A stretch of 63,198 nt of DNA, filler included, from Hausera hauseri (lineage: Eukaryota), in the NCBI GenBank assembly GCA_046269625.1. It is 12 parts of 12 records of this genome, joined end to end, with 100 filler letters (N's around TTAATTAATTAA, not from the genome) between each part and the next. Parts side by side here need not be neighbours in the genome. Positions count along the whole stretch, not along the records: positions 48,402 to 54,936 come from JBJURY010089876.1; positions 55,037 to 59,020 come from JBJURY010840413.1; positions 59,121 to 63,198 come from JBJURY010775647.1; 9 more parts are not named here. One strand, 5' to 3'. The translations under genes were made by a program, and so were the position numbers. Of the stretch, positions 50,704-63,198 are shown piece after piece; position 1 is the first letter of the stretch, and each line of letters opens with the position of its first letter. Under the pieces are notes generated by a model. That model ran no database searches. It was not told the origin of the DNA and saw nothing but the letters and a program-made list of their open reading frames with translations.

Positions 50704-52470
50704 TAGGCTGGTTCAAAATAATGTTATTCCATTTCGTTTGAGGCACATCGCGGTTTAGTGTCATTCACTATGAATTACTTATGTAAGAAATTTTAGCAGT
50801 CTACATTAAAGTTTAGGGGACCCTCTTAACTACTTTATCTTTAATATAGGAAAACTGAAATGAACTCCTTTGAACGTTTGATATAATTATTTATTACTGC
50901 GCAATTAGACGTATTACAGAGAATAAAGTGTACAGAAACAGAAACATTTACAGCACTATTGTCAGAATAAGATATATCATATAGTAGATATTAACTAGCG
51001 ACTGGTCCAGAATCAATAAATTTAAATGAAAACTGATTGTGAAATTGAAGGCATATCTTTGCGGTGCTTTGCAACCACCTTCAGAAGATACTGTTTCTGT
51101 GACTCGTCCTTAGTTAGAAAACTGTTAAATTCAGTAGCAAGAGCAATTATACGCTCTGCAGTATCATTAACGACCTTCATATCCTGCACAGCATCCCTAA
51201 ATTCATGATAAGTTGCATCATCCTCCTACGTTGCTGGTGATGTTGCGAGAAAGGTTAATGATCTTTGTTGTCCATCGGAAAGAATACTGTCAAAGAAACA
51301 TCTTATTCGCTTGGTAACATAGTCAGAAATGCATGTTGCTGTGAAAACGTTCTTGTCAAGCCTTTTTAGTTTCTTGCCATCTTTATGCTCTGGAAGGTCC
51401 AAGTTCTTGACCATCTGTAGCTTTTCCTCTGGGCAGATGCGACTGTCAAAGAATGCCAATGCTACCAGCTCTTCTGACAGATACCAGAGATGTCTTTTAA
51501 AGGCATTGAGAGCCACAGAAATCAGTGCTGGATCATGTAGGCTTATTTGCAGCTCCTTTATAAAGTCTAAATCGTTTTTTGGAGCATGAGAAGCAATTGG
51601 TGCCTCATTCCAGTAAAAACAATACAGGAGACTAACGAAGAGGCTAAGGTCTGTTACAACTTTCAGTTCACTTGAGACAGCTGCATCTGATTTCGGAAAA
51701 GGAAGATCTTAAGGGCATATATTGCCTTTGCCATCCACCTGGCCTGACGGAATGAGCCGGGCGATCTGATATGCAACCTTCCTTCTGGCTGTGCTCCTAA
51801 AATTGCATAGGAAAGGACTAGCAGCTCTTTGTAATCGTCACGTGTATGGTGAAGTGATTCGATTGCTGACTTGAGGTATACCACTGCTTTTTCTTTCAGC
51901 TACACAAAGTCCCCTGTTTCTGAGAATCATCAAAACAGGATCATCAATTTAGGAACACCAGTCATCATGGTCAATCGAATGCCATCTTTCCTCGAACTTA
52001 ATGAAGAATGGTATGTTCGGACCTTTCGAGGGACCATATGCAGACTTGAATACATCTGAAAGAATGATTTCTTGCATATGGTGTCTGCAAGCAATCCCCA
52101 AGAGATCCCGGCCTAAATGTTGCTGAATTTTGACACAGGCTCCTTGAGGAAGACCTGTATTGGATGTTGTTGCGTCGAACACTAGCTCCTTTACCTGATC
52201 TTCTATGACCTATTCCCTGAGTGATGTACAACAGGCTTCTGCATGATTTGTTTCATTGTTACTTGACATTTTGGGAACACCAATCAAGAATTCCTTTCCA
52301 CTGCCTGTGACAATCAATGCAATCCAGTCAATTTTGGTGGTTTGGTCGATGTCAGGCAAAAGCTTTGTATCCCAGTGCAGGGAAAGCGGCAATTCTGGCT
52401 ATATGCCTTCAATAGTAGCTAGCTGCTGAGCAACAGTTTCTCTGTTTTTTATACGATGTCGTCGAATTGA
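50704..52470 (-). mobile_element. hAT-superfamily (hATm-like) transposase relic with TAGG.TGG terminus
   Basis: LHWDTKLL / FDATTSNTG...GAC / ACRHH..E / RDDYKEL / PG....ARWMAKAIY.LK / APKNDL / RHLWYLSEELV / VVNDTAER. Confidence 0.8.
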
Positions 52471-52899
52471 GCTAGTAGAGAGGGTTTTGTTCTGAATGCT
52501 CTGTCCAGTTGCTTTTGCCACAACTCCGATCGCAGTCATGGCTTTGCAGTGAGATATATATCACTCCTGTAAAATACAGGGAAAATTTCAAAAAATTTAT
52601 CCTTAACGTTGCAAATTGACATGTGCATTCAAAATTTCCAAATTTTATAAGAATAAGGATAATAAAACACATTAATTGCTGATCAATTATTTTAATTTCC
52701 GACATTTCGATGCTAATAAATAAATGTGAAAAGTACATAATCAAAAATGACATGCAAAGGTAATAAAATGAAGTTATATGAACAAGTTATACATATAGGT
52801 ATAAAATTCAAATTTGCCTACTAATTAGTTGTTTGTATAGTAACAGGTTAACTATGAGAAAACTGTGTCGCAAAAGGATGCTGTTCCGGCCCTTCTTAA

Positions 52900-53385
52900 A
52901 GATGGTATACATTTTGTTGGTGACATCGCCGAACAATAGGAATTTGTGCAAGGACCGTGAAGCGTATCAAGAAACAAGGTTCCAAAGGTGTCGGTAGGTT
53001 GCATGTGGTTAATGAAACAATGAACTCCGATCAATATATCGACGTTCTCACAACTGAGATGATTCCCGAAGCCCGTGAGTGGTTTCCTACTAGTGATTTT
53101 GTTTATGCAAGATGGGACACCTTGCCACATCAGTAGGAAATCCATGCAAAATCTTGTTGATAACCATGTTACAGTTTTACCATGGCCTGGCAATAGACCC
53201 TCTGGGCTATTGTCAAGCGCAGACTTCGGAAGCAAACAATCACCACAAGGCAAGCACTCATCACTTCTCTCATGTCTGCTTGGTTCCGGGATGCCTCTAT
53301 TGCTAATACCTGTCGAAAGTTAGTGGAATCTATGCCACAGCGCGTGCAAGCCGTTATTGCAGCAAAAAGTGGTAACATCAAATTG
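52900..53385 (+). mobile_element. Tc1-like transposase C-terminal fragment
   Basis: FMQDGTPCH / VLPWPGN.P / CRKLVESMPQRVQAVIAAKSG. Confidence 0.85.
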
Positions 53386-53723
53386 ACTTCCATGTTATCT
53401 GTTATTATGCCATTATTCATGTGTTGTATTTTCTGCAAATTGCTTCTAAATCTTGGGAATGATAAATAATTAAACGGCTTGTATTGTGTTTTACTATATG
53501 GTTTATTGTTAAGGATGCAAATTTGCAATGCAGATGTCGATATGAAACGTTAAGGACAAAAGTTTTGAAATTTACCCCACATTTTACACGGGTGACTATT
53601 AATTTGTATCCTACTGAGCACTCTTTCATAGAAAAACTTGTTTATATTTTAATAATTAAAGTAAAATATAAATAGGTGTAAGATAAACAAAATGAAAGTA
53701 GTAATTATGTAATTTTTATATTT

Positions 53724-53993
53724 TCAAATAGCTTTGTTTGAATTTACAACCGATGACAAATTCGAATTTTTCTTCTTCAATTCTTTCATCCATTCTGGAG
53801 TATTTTTCTCTTCATTTTCCTTTTCTATCTTCTTTTTACAAACTTCCTGTATCCATGGTGCCTGTCCTTCACCATTTGTTCTCATATGAGATTCCCATTG
53901 TTTTGCAACGTCTTGTTCTTGTGCTCTTTTGTTTTGGATTTTTTTGATCTCTTCTTTCCATGATGAATTGGTTGTTTCAGATTTATTTGCCAT
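53724..53993 (-). CDS. Small hypothetical protein (89 aa) with repeated W-x-x-E-[ILV]-x-K motifs
   Basis: ATG-initiated ORF with AT-rich flanks containing SWKEEIKK, PWIQEVCKKK and EWMKELKKK. Confidence 0.35.
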   Translation of the reverse strand: MANKSETTNSSWKEEIKKIQNKRAQEQDVAKQWESHMRTNGEGQAPWIQEVCKKKIEKENEEKNTPEWMKELKKKNSNLSSVVNSNKAI

Positions 53994-54104
53994 TGTTTGT
54001 GAAATTATTGATTTGTTAATTTTAATTTGGAAACAAATTTTGTGAATATGGCGTAATAGTATTTTATTTTAATAAATTTCCTAAAATACTAGTTTGAATG
54101 ATTA

Positions 54105-54395
54105 TAGTGGAACTTGCCTAATGCGGACGCCTGAATATTACGGACGTTTACCGTGGTCCCGGCAATTCTTGAGAATAATATAATGTTTTGCGATTTACGA
54201 ACGATTGGTGAAGAGATAAAGTTAGCAAACTGGAGTATGACGAAACGCAGTGTCATTACCTATTACCTACATGTCGTGTACTGATCTTTTTATTTTGTTT
54301 ATCATATTTCCGGATTTTCTTCATAATCAGGACAATCGGATGATACGGACAAAAATTATGGTCCGGAGCATGTCCGCATTAGACAAGTTCCACTG
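54105..54395. mobile_element. Tc1/pogo-type MITE with ~24-bp TIRs and TA target duplication
   Basis: TA|TAGTGGAACTTGCCTAATGCGGAC ... GTCCGCATTAGACAAGTTCCACTG|TA. Confidence 0.9.
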
Positions 54396-55119
54396 TATAT
54401 GTTTTGAATTTTTGATAATAGGTTCAATTTTATTAATCTTACTAGTCCGGATATTTTTTAAATGAAAATTCCTTATACAAGCACTGAATTCTGTGCGAGA
54501 AAAACCACAATTACATAATGCGAGCTTTTAAATATTATGCAATTTTGCACTTCTTCAATTTCCCCCTAACAATCAAATGAGTTTTGAAATTCATGTTATG
54601 CCGAAGGACAATGTATTTGTCTAACAAGAACACGAATTTTATTGTAAATTTAGATTTTAGAGATGTAAAATATGTTGATTCATATAAGGGTGTTGCAAAT
54701 GTTACCGGGGACTTTTACATAAAAATTACATTTTACAAATTCTATGGTCTTATAGAAAATTCTATACCTTTGTTTAAATGTATCAATTACATTCTTAATT
54801 CTAGAAATTGCAATTGCAACCGTTGCTTATTCGTTTTACAGTATCATAGTGCGTGATGTATGTAAGATGGCTAATAATTTGAGATTATTATTATCAAGTG
54901 TGTTTGTCAGCATGATTGAGGGTTTGATGAGCATTANNNNNNNNNNNNNNNNNNNNNNNNNNNNNNNNNNNNNNNNNNNNTTAATTAATTAANNNNNNNN
55001 NNNNNNNNNNNNNNNNNNNNNNNNNNNNNNNNNNNNCACCGCCAGATGCCACTGCACACTCTGGTAGAGGCACTACCGCTAAATCTTCTGGCCGTCTTAA
55101 CACCGCCTTTGCAATTTTT

Positions 55120-58100
55120 TTGTTAAAAGCTGCATTGCTGCCCAAGAATGATTCACACATCGACTTCCTCATCGATTCAGGAGCTGTCTTTTCGCTGCTT
55201 CTCTTGTCCTTCACTCCTACATTCACTATAATTTCCTCTCCACCGCTCTTCATTGTCAGTGGTCAACCGTTGCACGTCGCATGTACCACGGAACTGATTT
55301 TCACATTCCCCAACTTGCCAGACAAGTTTTTCTGGAAACTCCACGTGGCTAATATTAAATCCCCCATAATCGGCTCAAATTTTCTGGCAGCACATGATCT
55401 GCTAGTTGACTGCAAGTATCGCTATCTGCTGTGCAGTAACTCCGTCGTGGATGCTAACAATTATCTACCAAACAGCCCAGTAGAAACTCCGTTGTTTTCG
55501 GCTGTCAACGCACGTGTGAATTTAAAAACTTGTTCGTCAGCTAATAACGGTGCAGTTAGTAATTCATCCATTTCTTCCATCATATCAAACGTATCTAAGT
55601 CGGTTTTAAAACAAGCGAGCAAACGGAGTGTTGATGGTAGCAGTTACGGTTATTATTCGCCAATACCATCCAATGTCGCTTCTGATGATATGCCTGAATC
55701 ATTCCCACCGCTGGATTCCAATCTCAAATCCTGTGTCGCAATTTCTTGTTTCCACATACTCAAAAAGGACGTCAACTTCAAGCCGCCTTCTACAACGTAT
55801 CACCACATAGTCACCGAACACCAAAGACCTATCAGACAAAAGGTCAAACCACTGTCACCGCGTCGGCGGAAAGCCGTTGAATCAGAGTTCAATAAACTCG
55901 AAAAGGCTGGCATCATTCGAAGATTAAAATCACCATGGGCTTCACCATTGCATGTAGTAACAAAGAAAGATGGTACTTACAGACCATGTGGTGACTATCG
56001 GCAGTTAAATAACCTAACAGCCCTGGATGCTTACCTTTTACCTCTCATAAAGAACATCCTGCACAGTCTTACCAATACTAACACGTACTCCACAATTTAC
56101 TTGCATAAAGCTTAATATCAAATGCCAGTTGCATCTGATGATATTCCAAAAACTGCTGTTATTACCCCATTTGGCCTTTATGAATATATCTTTATGCCAT
56201 TGGTTTACGTAGCGCTTCCAAAACCTTTCAGCGACACATTTATACCGTCCTCTCAGGCCTTGACTTTGCTCATCCATACATTGACGACATATTAGTTGCT
56301 TCTACATCTGTTAAACAACATCAAGAACAACTCCGTATTATCTTTCACAGACTACATCACATCAATTTGCAAGTCACTTTCTCCAAGCATCATTTCTTTC
56401 AAAAACGTGTTAATTTCCTAGACCACGTGATCACTCCTCACGGCCACTCTCCACAACCGGATCGACTACAACAATTAAAAAACATAACGCTACCAACGCC
56501 CACTACGGATATAAGGAGTTTCTTAGGCACGCTATACTTCATCCACAAATACGTACCGCATGGTTCTGAGCTTACAGCACCTTTCGCATATTTATCATCC
56601 GGAAAAAAGAAGCAGTTGATCCACTGGACGCCTGATTTAGTAACCAAATTTGATCACTTACGCAAAAGGCCGAAAACCGTCGAAATACTGACCTATCCAA
56701 AGCCCAGTGCAGATCTTATGCTTACCACCGATGCCTCTACCACAACAACCGGTGCAGTGCTACACCAAATTTCTAACGGCGTCGATGAATTATTAGAATT
56801 TTACTCCCGAAAACTCACACAACCCGAAAGCTGTTACTCTACATTTGACCGTGAGTTACTCGCCATAGTTCTGTTAGTTAAACATTTCAAACACCTACGT
56901 CTCTCCCGTCCAAGCCGCTCCTGCATATCATGTCGTTAAAACAGCCATCACTGAGGCAAGAACGACATATATCATACTTGTCTACATTCAGTTTTGTTTT
57001 ACAATACATTTCGGGCACAGATAATTTGAAAGCAGACTTTCTATCGAAATCGGTTGGCTCCATTACAGTTGAGCCTATTTTCTCATCCGAGGCAAATCAA
57101 GGCAAATAAACCGTCTGTTGACTTCCTTAGCATTTCAAATCCTTCGAAATCTTTGATGGTATTGCTTCTGATACGTCGAATTCCGGTAATAAAAAAGCCA
57201 TTCTAACTCCACCTTTACAAAAGCAAGCCTTCCTTCATACGCATTCACTCCATCATCCGAATTCGAAAGCAACCTTTCGCCTGCTTCAACGTAATGTAGT
57301 TTGGCATCAGTGTGCAAAGATGTACAGGGTTGGGTTAAAGAATGCGTGGAATGTCAAAAATACAAAATCAACAAACATTTTAAACCGCTGCTTTACCATT
57401 TCCCCTGTACATCAGGCTTTCATACAGTTCATCTTGATCTCGTTGGCCCTTTACCTTCGGACAGCGGATATCAATATCTTTACTATGATGGATCGTGCTT
57501 CTCGTTGGCCTGACGCCGTTCCTCTTTGTTCAACGAACACTGATTCAGTAGCCGACGCCTTTATAAAAATCTAGATCAGTCGTTTTGGTTCCACACGTTA
57601 TATAATAACGGATCAAGGTCCGCAATTAGAATCGGAACTTTCCACATCACTTGTTAAATGCTTGGGAATATCCCATTTCCGTACTACACCATATCATCCT
57701 CAAGCAAATGGCCTCCTTCAAAGGTTCCATCGAACAATGAAAGTTTCTTTAAAAATCTTGGCTGACAGTCATCGTAACTGGACCTCCATTCTACACACCC
57801 TCAACCACTACCGGTTGTGCTCCAGCCGAGGCACTGTTTGGGACCCCGTTTTGGGCCTTATTTGAACTTTCTGATATCGACGACAACCTCACAGACCAAA
57901 ATATTTGTGCAACACAATCTCAATTTGTCGAGGTCCGTTCAGACTCATTTTGCCGTCTCTTCAACGATAACAAATCATACATTCCGAAGGATTTATACTC
58001 CGCCAAGTTTGTGTGGCTGAAGGATCAATTGCCTTCGGGTTTTAGACCTCAATATGTTGGCCCATACAAACTGCTGACTCTCTCATCTCATACAGCTACC

Positions 58101-58160
58101 ATCTTACGCCAAGATAAACCTTACAACGTTCATATTTCAAATCTGAAGCTCGCTGTCTTC
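55120..58160 (+). mobile_element. Ty3/Gypsy pol (PR-RT-RH-IN), decayed
   Basis: Protease FLIDSGA; RT SPWASPLHVVTKKDG.YRPCGDYRQLN and YIDDIL; RNase H TTDAS and YSTFDRELLA; integrase C..CQ..K, VHLDLVGPLP, TDQG and TTPYHPQANG...RFHR..K. Confidence 0.95.
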
Positions 58161-58605
58161 ATTGATGACAATCCGGATGCCAGCTCCACCTCCAATTTAA
58201 ATTCAACTCCTACTCCTGGTCTATCTTCAAACTTTCTCCACGACTTTGAGCCGTTTCAGCAGTCATTGTTATGTCACACTCAATTATCATTATTTCCTCC
58301 ATCCATTTTGGTCCATGTCTGTCATCATCTCCACCACTTTCATCAACCCGTTATCTAAATCTATTGAACCAGATAATCTCACAAAATTGTTATCACATAA
58401 TGTCGCTCAACAGCCAGGCACAAATCAATCAGGTAAGGCACGCATAGTGACATTTAGTACCTACAGCAAAAAGTTCTTTGAAGGTACACAACACCTGACA
58501 CATACCAAAACCGAATAGGCACATTGTTCCTTGCTTACTTCATCGTTTTCATCTTTATTATCCTTTTCATTCATTTTTACCTTTATATAGTCTCTCTTCT
58601 GCCAC

Positions 58606-58620
58606 GGGGGGGTGATGTGG
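58606..58620 (+). promoter_or_regulatory. Putative polypurine tract and start of the 3' LTR (TGTGG at 58616)
   Basis: GGGGGGGTGA|TGTGG lies downstream of the integrase. Confidence 0.55.
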
Positions 58621-59120
58621 TGCCGTGGTTGTGGGCACAAATCGTGACCCACAAAAATGCTGATGGAATCATTTCTTCTCGAAAAATATTATTATGCCGA
58701 CCTGCGATCCAAGCATGTCAATGGCTGACAGAATTTTCCTGATGTCTCTGCATATTGGCAGGTAAAATCGCAGCATCTACCAACAAAAAGTCCTGTTTAT
58801 CGAAACTCAGATGGAAATTTTTTTACTAACTAATCGATGCACATATTTACCTACAATAAATCAATATTTATCACCATAAAACATTTCTAAACCTATATTT
58901 ACCAGTTTTCAACCAATTTTTCCCACTATAACATGTTTCTTAACCGATATTTTCCATGGTAAACCGATTATTACCACTTTAAAATATTTTCTAACCAATA
59001 TTTTCCAGCTTTCCACCAATNNNNNNNNNNNNNNNNNNNNNNNNNNNNNNNNNNNNNNNNNNNNTTAATTAATTAANNNNNNNNNNNNNNNNNNNNNNNN
59101 NNNNNNNNNNNNNNNNNNNN

Positions 59121-62100
59121 AACTTTTCTTTTTTGTTTCTAATTTGTGTGGTCTCGCGTTTTCGCACATTTCTAAGTCCATTAATGAGTATTTTTGGCCA
59201 AGTCTAAATTTGTCACAATCATATACTGTAACTGCACCCATCTGTCTTATTAACATCATCAAGGTCAAAAAGTTGATTAGCCAGTTCGATTCATTTCCTC
59301 TGTGATTTCCGGTTACATTTCGTAGCAGATCTTCGAATCTATTGTTACCCAAGATGAATCTACTTTGATGTTATTCTTCTTTTTCGAATAACTTCGACCA
59401 GTTCACTTCCCAAGGTAGTCTTCTTATAGCCCTCCTTGCCAAGCTAGTGGCCTTCTTGAATTCATTTTCTCGGTTTGGGTTAGTTTTGATGGCCAGATAT
59501 AGCAACACTTTTCTTAATTCTTTCATGCTATTTTCCGCCATAATTCTCTCAATCACCACTTCATCGCTTAAGGTACTTCTGGATAATTTACACCGAAAAC
59601 CCTTCATGGCCTTGGCGGCATTAGATATGGCCTTCTCTTTTTCGTCTAATATATCAGCGCCGAGACTAGAGTGGTTTACTAGTCGTATCAAATTTCTCAT
59701 AAGTTCGAACAGTTCCTCATTATCCGCACTGAAGGTTGGTATGGACATTTGCCTCAACTCTTTGATTAGGTCTCCATTATAGTCGATTTCTTCTCGTGTC
59801 TTCCGTGGTCTACCGACAGGACGCTTCGGTTTTGTTACAATGGGTACACTGCCATTGATAGGTACTAAATTTTTATCGTATTGCTCATTATCTTCGTCTG
59901 TCTGCAGGTACTCAAAATATACTGTCGCATCTCGGACTCCTACTATTCGTCCTACCCACTGTTCTGCTTTAGCCTTCCTTATAGCCTCCTCCTTTGTTTC
60001 GTCGATAGTAATGATTACCACTACCCAGTTTACTTCAACTGGAATAATTCCGACTTCTATTCATAATTCCTATTCATCTAGTATCCTTCCTCTAAAATAA
60101 AGTCTATAGCTCAGCTCATGGGCGTATCCGTTGCTCTTTATCCACACTAATACATCTCTTATAAGGGAACGCGTAGTGAACTCTTGTTCCTTCTCGTCCA
60201 TTCAATCAGATGTTATCTTTACTCGGATCGTCTCCTCTGCCTTTGCCTTTAAGATTTTAGCATATTCTTTGAGTAAAAGCTTAGGTGCCGTACTATAAAT
60301 CGTACCTTCGCTAGCCAGTTTAGTTAGTGAGGTTTACTTCAATCAACTTAATTAAATCTTTCTCGGTTTGTGCTGGGTCCAGAAGAATTCCTACATAGAA
60401 TCTTTGGTCCGAAAAATATACCTCCATTTCATCCAATCGTATGGGAGTTTTCGGATTCTCGGCCATCATTGCGTCTAAATATGCCTGCTATTCTGGTTCG
60501 TTTTCCTCATTCGGCAGTTAATAGCCCCTTGACGGTATATCAGTTGGTCCACCCACACCTGCAATCTGTATGGTTTTTCTGAGTTCTTGTAGCTTCTGTT
60601 GCAATTGGACCATATTCGTCGTTCGGAAACAGTGCCAATTAGCAGAAGTTTGGTGTAGCAATGTTAACAACGAACATAATTCTTCAGCCGGGATCAGTCC
60701 TTGTTCTTGATAGCCTGTTAGTTCGGAAGTGACATCTCTTTGCCACCTTTGCACAAATTGTGACTTGTCAGCCCTTTTTGCTTCTGTAAGGGCGTATTTA
60801 TTTTTATAGACTTCGAGTTCTCTAGTTAGTTCGTCTAATCTCATCGCTGTCTGTTTGGTCTTAATGCAAGTTTCTTCGACTTTCTGTATCTGCTGAAACA
60901 ATTGCCTTAATTTCTCGTCACTAATTTCTGCCATTTCCGCCATCAATAGTGTTAATTCATACATCTCGTTAATTCTTTTCGAATCTGGATCTATCGCATC
61001 TAGTAACTTTTTTACAAATTTGGTTTCTTCAAAGCTAAGGTGGTGGTCGTTCTTTATTTTAATGAGCTCAGTGTTATGCCTTTAATATGTTCCTTCCATC
61101 CATCCTTGTGGATGGTGTAAGAGCTTCACCATTTCTTCAACGACTGACCGATATTCGGGACAAAAGTCCAAGGTTTTAAGATCTCGAATCGAGATTTCCT
61201 CGATAGGCTTGGCTGTCAAATGTTGGATTCCTTTTAGGCGGATATCTCTTAATCTCGGATAGAAATCGCAAGTCGCATTCCATTTCCGCATGAAGTTTGT
61301 TTCTTCGATCATCTTATATCCATAAAGCCCAATTGACGCAATGCCTCGAATTGAGTTCGGATGTCAATTTCTGCTTTCAAAGTGTCTAGATTTCTGGCGT
61401 CTTCTTCTAATCGCTTCTTTACTGTAGGTTCGCTCTCCGAAAATTCTTTTTTTCGACTATTTATTAATTTACTCAACCTTGTTATTACTTTGGATCATTC
61501 GTTCAACTGATTAGCGATTTCTGGTTTTGCCCATATGGCCTTGTCTAACTTTGTGTGAGCGTCCCACTTTTCATTCAGACTCCCAGTTCGCGTTTCCATT
61601 TGACTAGTGTTTCTTTTGTCACTTCCTCAGGTTGATCTAAGTCTATAGCTTTGCTTAGTTTCCCTTCACTATATAATTTCATCTTTTTATATAATCTCTC
61701 TACAAACTGTTGTTCATTGCCAGAAATATCCACTTGTTCACTTATTGCTTTGAGTTTCTCTAGATTCTGTTGGACTACCTTTGGGTTGAGACAATTTATC
61801 CTTATTCTTTTTAATTCGTCGGCATTTTTCCACGAGCGTCTGATTTTCCAGTTTTTAGGGTCGAGTTTCTCCTTTTGTTCTGTTTCCTCTTCGCTATTAA
61901 GTAATGGACATATATCGTTTATTTTGTTTACAGATTTCGTTAGCTCATCCGTTTCGCCGGACGTAACTAAATTAATTTCTGGAGTGTCTAAAGCGAATTC
62001 TGTGTCGTTCCCCAACGCGATTTCAGTCTCTCTCCTTGTCTCTGATTTCTCCTTGATCATTGGGGATCTCAAACGATCCTTACGTTTCCGTCTCAATGAT

Positions 62101-63198
62101 GGACTACGACCTCTATTCTTGGTAATTTTGAATATTAGGGGTTCCAAAAATTCTTTTTCTTCGTCGATCTCTGTCTTTTTGCTTACCCTTTTCATCATAT
62201 GTTCTGGTTCTACATCTAAATCTACTTCATCCGGGATCTCAGGTTTTCCTGTTTCGTCTAACTATTTGCTTGTCGTAGGAATGTTCTTTTTCCGCGCTAA
62301 ATTAGTAAGACTTGGTGGTGCAATGGAGCATTCATATTCCGTTTCCGGTTCACACAAGCCATGGTAAACTTCCAGTAATCGTAATTTATGTTCATACTCG
62401 TTTCTGGCTTCTAAGACTTTAGGATCTTTAGTATCAGGTTGGGCCTTCAAAAAACGTCGCAAGTCCTGCATCTTAATAATCATACCTATGTCCTTACGGA
62501 CACCATAAATTGCTTCTAAGTTTTCGTTTTTAATTACACTAGTTTTGCTAGGTTCCACAAACGAGAAACTTCGCGGATTTGGACAGGATCTCGCTATATG
62601 TCCTTCTTTTCCACATGTATAACAAATTAAGTTGACATTTCTATCGACCCTTTGCCGACCATCCTCATTTAACGGAGATTTCGATCTACTCGGGCTTCTA
62701 TTATAACCTTGATGTGACGGGAGTTGCCTAGGGTCTCCATATTGGTGATTATCGTAATTTCGGCTGTCATTCTGTCGATTTCCATTATTAAAATTTTTGG
62801 AGCCATCTGGACGTTTATCCGTATGATAGTTTGATTTACTAGAAGAACTATTTCAACTGTTATCACAATTCTGACTATTATACGATTGTTTCTGCGATCA
62901 TAATGCACGTTCTTGTTCCGATCCCCATAATTCTTATTAAACCGTCGATCATTTTTGTCGCCCCGATTTCGATCGCCCCGATCATTATCTCTATCGTTTC
63001 TGTCACCGTCTCTGGCATATTTATCCAATGCCATTTCTAAGTTCTGAGCTAATTGCAATGCTCGGTCAAAGTTCTCTGGTCTGGCCAGGATCAGTTGCTT
63101 GACTATATCTTTAGACCAAATACCATTTATTAACTGCGTCATCATCATGACGTCCAGATCTGGAGGACTTGTCTTTTCTGCGGCTTCACATTCTGCTT
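59121..63198 (-). mobile_element. Copy 2 of the gag/UBL/AT-hook/chuvirus-glycoprotein retroelement (truncated by both edges)
   Basis: Contains Gag QLINGI....VKQLILARPENFDRALQLAQNLE, CCHC CYTCGKEGHIARSC (62583-62624), UBL ~60010-60232, AT-hook KRPVGRPRK ~59797-59832 and glycoprotein start MGAVTVYDCDKFRLGQKYSLMDLEMC. It is collinear with 24430-28476. Confidence 0.85.

Noticed and set aside
55120-58160. This Gypsy pol as the missing pol of the envelope-bearing element
   Set aside because: It is on a separate contig, and its protease context (FLIDSGA directly after a gag-like remnant) differs from the motif at 22347-22420.
61651-62367. 238-aa plus-strand Ser/Phe/Leu-rich ORF (and similar ones at 24601, 27588, 59447, 40421)
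   Set aside because: These are antisense shadows of K/E-rich minus-strand coding sequence.

Overview
This window is not contiguous DNA. It is 12 short eukaryotic contigs joined by 11 artificial 100-nt linkers (44 N + TTAATTAATTAA + 44 N) at 5019-5118, 9333-9432, 16165-16264, 21398-21497, 28477-28576, 33021-33120, 37106-37205, 43847-43946, 48302-48401, 54937-55036 and 59021-59120. Most of the DNA is AT-rich, transposon-dense animal sequence with ~45-48-nt introns. It is probably from a ciliated invertebrate (inferred from HYDIN), and one GC-rich teleost-like CAPG segment is also present. One apparently intact host gene is visible (DHX16/Prp2). There are decayed host-gene fragments (HYDIN, SANBR/KIAA1841, SLC10, an Aurora-kinase/SLC25 chimaera) and many transposon relics (Ty3/Gypsy, RTE LINEs, Tc1, pogo/Tigger, hATm-like, Polinton/adintovirus pPolB, MITEs). 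The most striking observation is two diverged copies (22347-28476 and 59121-63198, both minus strand) of a retroelement. Its reconstructed single polyprotein reads Gag-CCHC, long helical region, ubiquitin-like domain, AT-hook, internal signal peptide, chuvirus-type fusion glycoprotein, then a retropepsin-like motif. That would place an RNA-virus-derived envelope between gag and pol instead of after pol. All assignments come from motif recognition by eye; no searches were run.
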